DNA of 64,000 nucleotides, taken from assembly GCA_023386815.1 (NCBI GenBank), contig JAEWIZ010000034.1:26755-90754 (forward strand). The letters are read 5' to 3'. Positions 61,352 through 64,000 of this stretch are shown here, piece after piece (positions within the stretch are counted from its first letter, which is position 1; the number at the start of each line of letters is the position of its first letter). Origin of the DNA: Bacillota bacterium (lineage in GTDB: Bacteria > Bacillota > Clostridia > Lachnospirales > Lachnospiraceae). Both the position numbers and the translations under genes were made by a program. The notes under the pieces were generated by a model, which saw only the letters and a list, made by a program, of their open reading frames with translations, was not told the DNA's origin and ran no database searches.

Positions 61352-62032
61352 ATGCTGGGAAATCAGATTACTGTTAGGGAGAAGGTACTGAAACAGGACT
61401 TATATTATAAAAATACAATGATTATGAAATACACCATTAAATATCCGCAATTCATATCAGAAGCATATCCGCAGGTTGTAAATAAACTGAACGCACTTTA
61501 TCGAACAAAGGCGGTAATGTATGAGCGCTCCAACATTATGAACCTATATCAGATGGCTATGGTTGAGTACGAGTATTCAGTTGCAAACAACTATCCAATC
61601 CACGTTTTTGAAGCATATGTAGACTTTACGGTTACCTATAATCATAACTGTATCGTAAGCTTGTATTTTGACCAATATGAATATGCAGGAGGAGCGCATG
61701 GCTTGACAGTACGTAATTCGGATACTTGGGATTTCTCCAGAAGTAAGAAGCTGGATCTTGCAGACTTGTTTCCCAATCGTCCCAAATATCGGGAATATAT
61801 GATCCAGTATATTAATCGTGAGATAGAAAAAAGTATGGCGCAGGATAGCTTTATGTATTTTGAAAATTATACCGCACTTGTAAATGAAAATTTTAAGGTA
61901 AACAATTTTTATTTAGAAGATGATGGGGTGGTGATCTATTTCCAACAATACGATATTGCTCCCTACGCCTCTGGTATTCCAACCTTTTTTATTCCCAGCA
62001 GTGAAAGTGGAATGTGTCTACCAAGATGTTAG
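61352..62032 (+). CDS. DUF3298/DUF4163 (PdaC/RsiV-like) domain protein
   Basis: YEYAGGAHG and FQQYDIAPYASG motifs. Confidence 0.8.
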   Translation: MLGNQITVREKVLKQDLYYKNTMIMKYTIKYPQFISEAYPQVVNKLNALYRTKAVMYERSNIMNLYQMAMVEYEYSVANNYPIHVFEAYVDFTVTYNHNCIVSLYFDQYEYAGGAHGLTVRNSDTWDFSRSKKLDLADLFPNRPKYREYMIQYINREIEKSMAQDSFMYFENYTALVNENFKVNNFYLEDDGVVIYFQQYDIAPYASGIPTFFIPSSESGMCLPRC

Positions 62033-62033
62033 T

Positions 62034-62237
62034 TTATTCTCCACCTGGGCCGCTCCGTGCAGGTCGTTTATCAGGAAATTGTGCACTCAGATCCTTCATT
62101 GATCCGTTTCCGCTTTTGCTAGAACCACTGGAATCATTTTTACTACTAGATGAGGTAGTGTTTTTACTACTATTCGAGGTAGTATTTTTGCTGCTATTCG
62201 AAGCTTTACTTTTCGAATTATTCTTGTTCTTAGCCAT
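62034..62237 (-). CDS. Small Ser/Asn/Lys-rich hypothetical protein
   Basis: 67-aa ORF with an AAAGGAG RBS and SKNTTS repeats. Confidence 0.6.
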   Translation of the reverse strand: MAKNKNNSKSKASNSSKNTTSNSSKNTTSSSSKNDSSGSSKSGNGSMKDLSAQFPDKRPARSGPGGE

Positions 62238-62316
62238 AATAATCTCCTTTCAAATTTAGAGTCACAATTATTATTTCTAACAAAACCAGAACTATACATA
62301 TAAAGTAAAAATAAAT

Positions 62317-62366
62317 AAAAAGACTATGAACTTCATTTACGAAAAGGTGAAGTTCATAGTCTTTTT
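62317..62366 (-). terminator. Terminator downstream of the PPIase gene
   Basis: AAAAAGACTATGAACTTCA/TGAAGTTCATAGTCTTTTT stem. Confidence 0.75.
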
Positions 62367-62564
62367 GAAACCTATATAAAAATTCAGTGGTCAAAGCCTT
62401 ACATACACTATATCGATGAATATGGGGAATATAAATCCAGATGGCGCAGACCGGCATCTTGGGATTGCCTTAGGAAATCCCTGGATGGTAAGGCAAGTCC
62501 AGATGGATTTATGTTCCCCATATTCATCTTCAAAGTCTATATACTTTTACACCCAAATCGCTGA

Positions 62565-63671
62565 TTAATCAATCGTGATATTACCCATTTTCATTGATGC
62601 CAAGGCATTTTCGTTGGTACTGTATTCATGATTCTCTTTGATCGTATTATAGAAATCATCAAACTGTTTATTTTCTTCGGTAGAGATCTGACTTTTAACT
62701 TCATTATCATATGCCTCAGAGGAATTGTTATTTACCATTCTCACAACGTAATATCCGTCCTCAGCTTCATAGATCTCGCTTACATCACCGTTATTCATTG
62801 CCATCATCATTTTTTCCATATCCTCAGAGTAAGTAGTACCACTCTCCAGGAAATTGGTATCAGCATAAGTAACATCTTCTTCAGATTCAGGAAGCAGCTT
62901 GGACCAATCTTCTGTAGTTTTAGCTGTTTCATAGTATGATTTTAACTTATCATAAGCAGCAGCCTTTTCTTCGTCAGAAACTGCCGCGGTCTTGCCATCC
63001 TCATCCGTTGTATTTGTTGAGATGAATAAGGTTTCAATATCGTATTGTCTGTAATCATCATAATTAACACCAGCCTTAATAGCGGCATCATCAATATCAA
63101 AGGAATCAATCTTGTCTTGACGATAACGGGAAACTAAGGTAGTCTTCTCAAGTGCAGCAGTCAAAGAGCTTTTCGTGAATTTATTCTTTGTCTTTTCGCT
63201 GGAGGAAAGAGTATTTGTTAATAAGGAATCAACCTGAGTGCTAATGCTGGTTTTTTCTTCATCTGTTAAAGTGAGACCTGCTGCAACGGCTTCCTTATAA
63301 AGAATTTCGTTATAGATGCTATTGTCAACAGCTTCTGCCTTAGCCATATCACGAACGGTTTCTCCGGATTCCTCATCAAATACCATATCCCAATATGAGC
63401 CGCTTCCGCCAAACATCTGATCGTAGTAATCATATTGAGATTCTACAGCGTAGAAATAATAAGCTACATCACTCATTTTATATTTTTCTCCATCAACAGT
63501 AAGGATGGTCTTTTCATATAACTGATCAAATAACATAGCTCCAATCATAATAACAACAAGGACACCAAAAGCAATAATCCATGGTTTGGATATCTTGCTT
63601 AAGGGCTTTTGTTCAATCAGCCTGTCCTTTTTTTTCTCTTTTTTCGTCTTTAATTTTTTTGAATTGTTCAC
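62565..63671 (-). CDS. Membrane-anchored PrsA/SurA-like peptidylprolyl isomerase (foldase)
   Basis: N-terminal TM helix, SurA-like helical domain, degenerate parvulin region GDVSEIYEAEDGYYVVR. Confidence 0.75.
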   Translation of the reverse strand: MNNSKKLKTKKEKKKDRLIEQKPLSKISKPWIIAFGVLVVIMIGAMLFDQLYEKTILTVDGEKYKMSDVAYYFYAVESQYDYYDQMFGGSGSYWDMVFDEESGETVRDMAKAEAVDNSIYNEILYKEAVAAGLTLTDEEKTSISTQVDSLLTNTLSSSEKTKNKFTKSSLTAALEKTTLVSRYRQDKIDSFDIDDAAIKAGVNYDDYRQYDIETLFISTNTTDEDGKTAAVSDEEKAAAYDKLKSYYETAKTTEDWSKLLPESEEDVTYADTNFLESGTTYSEDMEKMMMAMNNGDVSEIYEAEDGYYVVRMVNNNSSEAYDNEVKSQISTEENKQFDDFYNTIKENHEYSTNENALASMKMGNITID

Positions 63672-63867
63672 CTTTTGCTACCTCCATAGTATTCTCATAA
63701 GTTCAATTTTATCAATTTTAAAGGATAAGTCAATATAAATCAATTCAGTTCACAGAATTATCGTTAAATTCATTAACTTAAAAATTTTTTAATATAGATT
63801 TAATTGAATAATTCCTCTGCTATGATATAATGAACAATAACTTACAAAGATAGGAAGTGTATGACAT

Positions 63868-64000
63868 ATGGTGCCATTTCATGAGAAGACCATTCATATC
63901 ATGGATGAAGTAGAAAAAGTAGTTATCGGTAAGAGAGTCATTATAGAAAAAGTACTTACAGCTATCTTAGCAAAGGGACATATCCTGCTGGAAGACAATC
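63868..64000 (+). CDS. MoxR-family AAA ATPase, N-terminal fragment
   Basis: Manual translation MVPFHEKTIHIMDEVEKVVIGKRVIIEKVLTAILAKGHILLEDN matches the typical MoxR N-terminus. Confidence 0.8.
   Translation, partial: MVPFHEKTIHIMDEVEKVVIGKRVIIEKVLTAILAKGHILLEDN

Overview
Chromosomal window from a low-GC Firmicute; the gene content suggests an anaerobic Clostridia/Lachnospiraceae-like organism (inference). It holds a YtrA-type GntR/ABC operon, three tRNAs (Leu-CAG, Asn-GTT and an unusual Leu-AAG), a 5'-nucleotidase islet bracketed by a duplicated tRNA 3' end, a cheW-mcp-cheA-HD-GYP operon, a GH43, a LacI-linked nucleoside-hydrolase/split-transketolase/FGGY-kinase/isomerase cluster, a class II ribonucleotide reductase with NrdR boxes, modABC with a molybdate-type regulator, and a complete Clostridium-type Mo-nitrogenase cluster (nifH-I1-I2-D-K-E-NB-fdx-Vomega-Valpha). 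The best candidate for an undescribed system is an 858-bp segment (15642-16499) bounded by 28-bp inverted Xer/dif-like sites. It carries its own minimal tyrosine recombinase and an outward-facing sigma-A promoter. That promoter now points away from the adjacent chemotaxis/c-di-GMP phosphodiesterase operon and would point into it after inversion, so this looks like a self-inverting phase-variation switch caught in the OFF state. Also notable: a 337-bp fold-back element next to a local A/C skew, an ANTAR-like attenuator before nifH, and a homopolymer frameshift in an APH-family kinase. All calls come from reading the sequence by eye; no searches were run.
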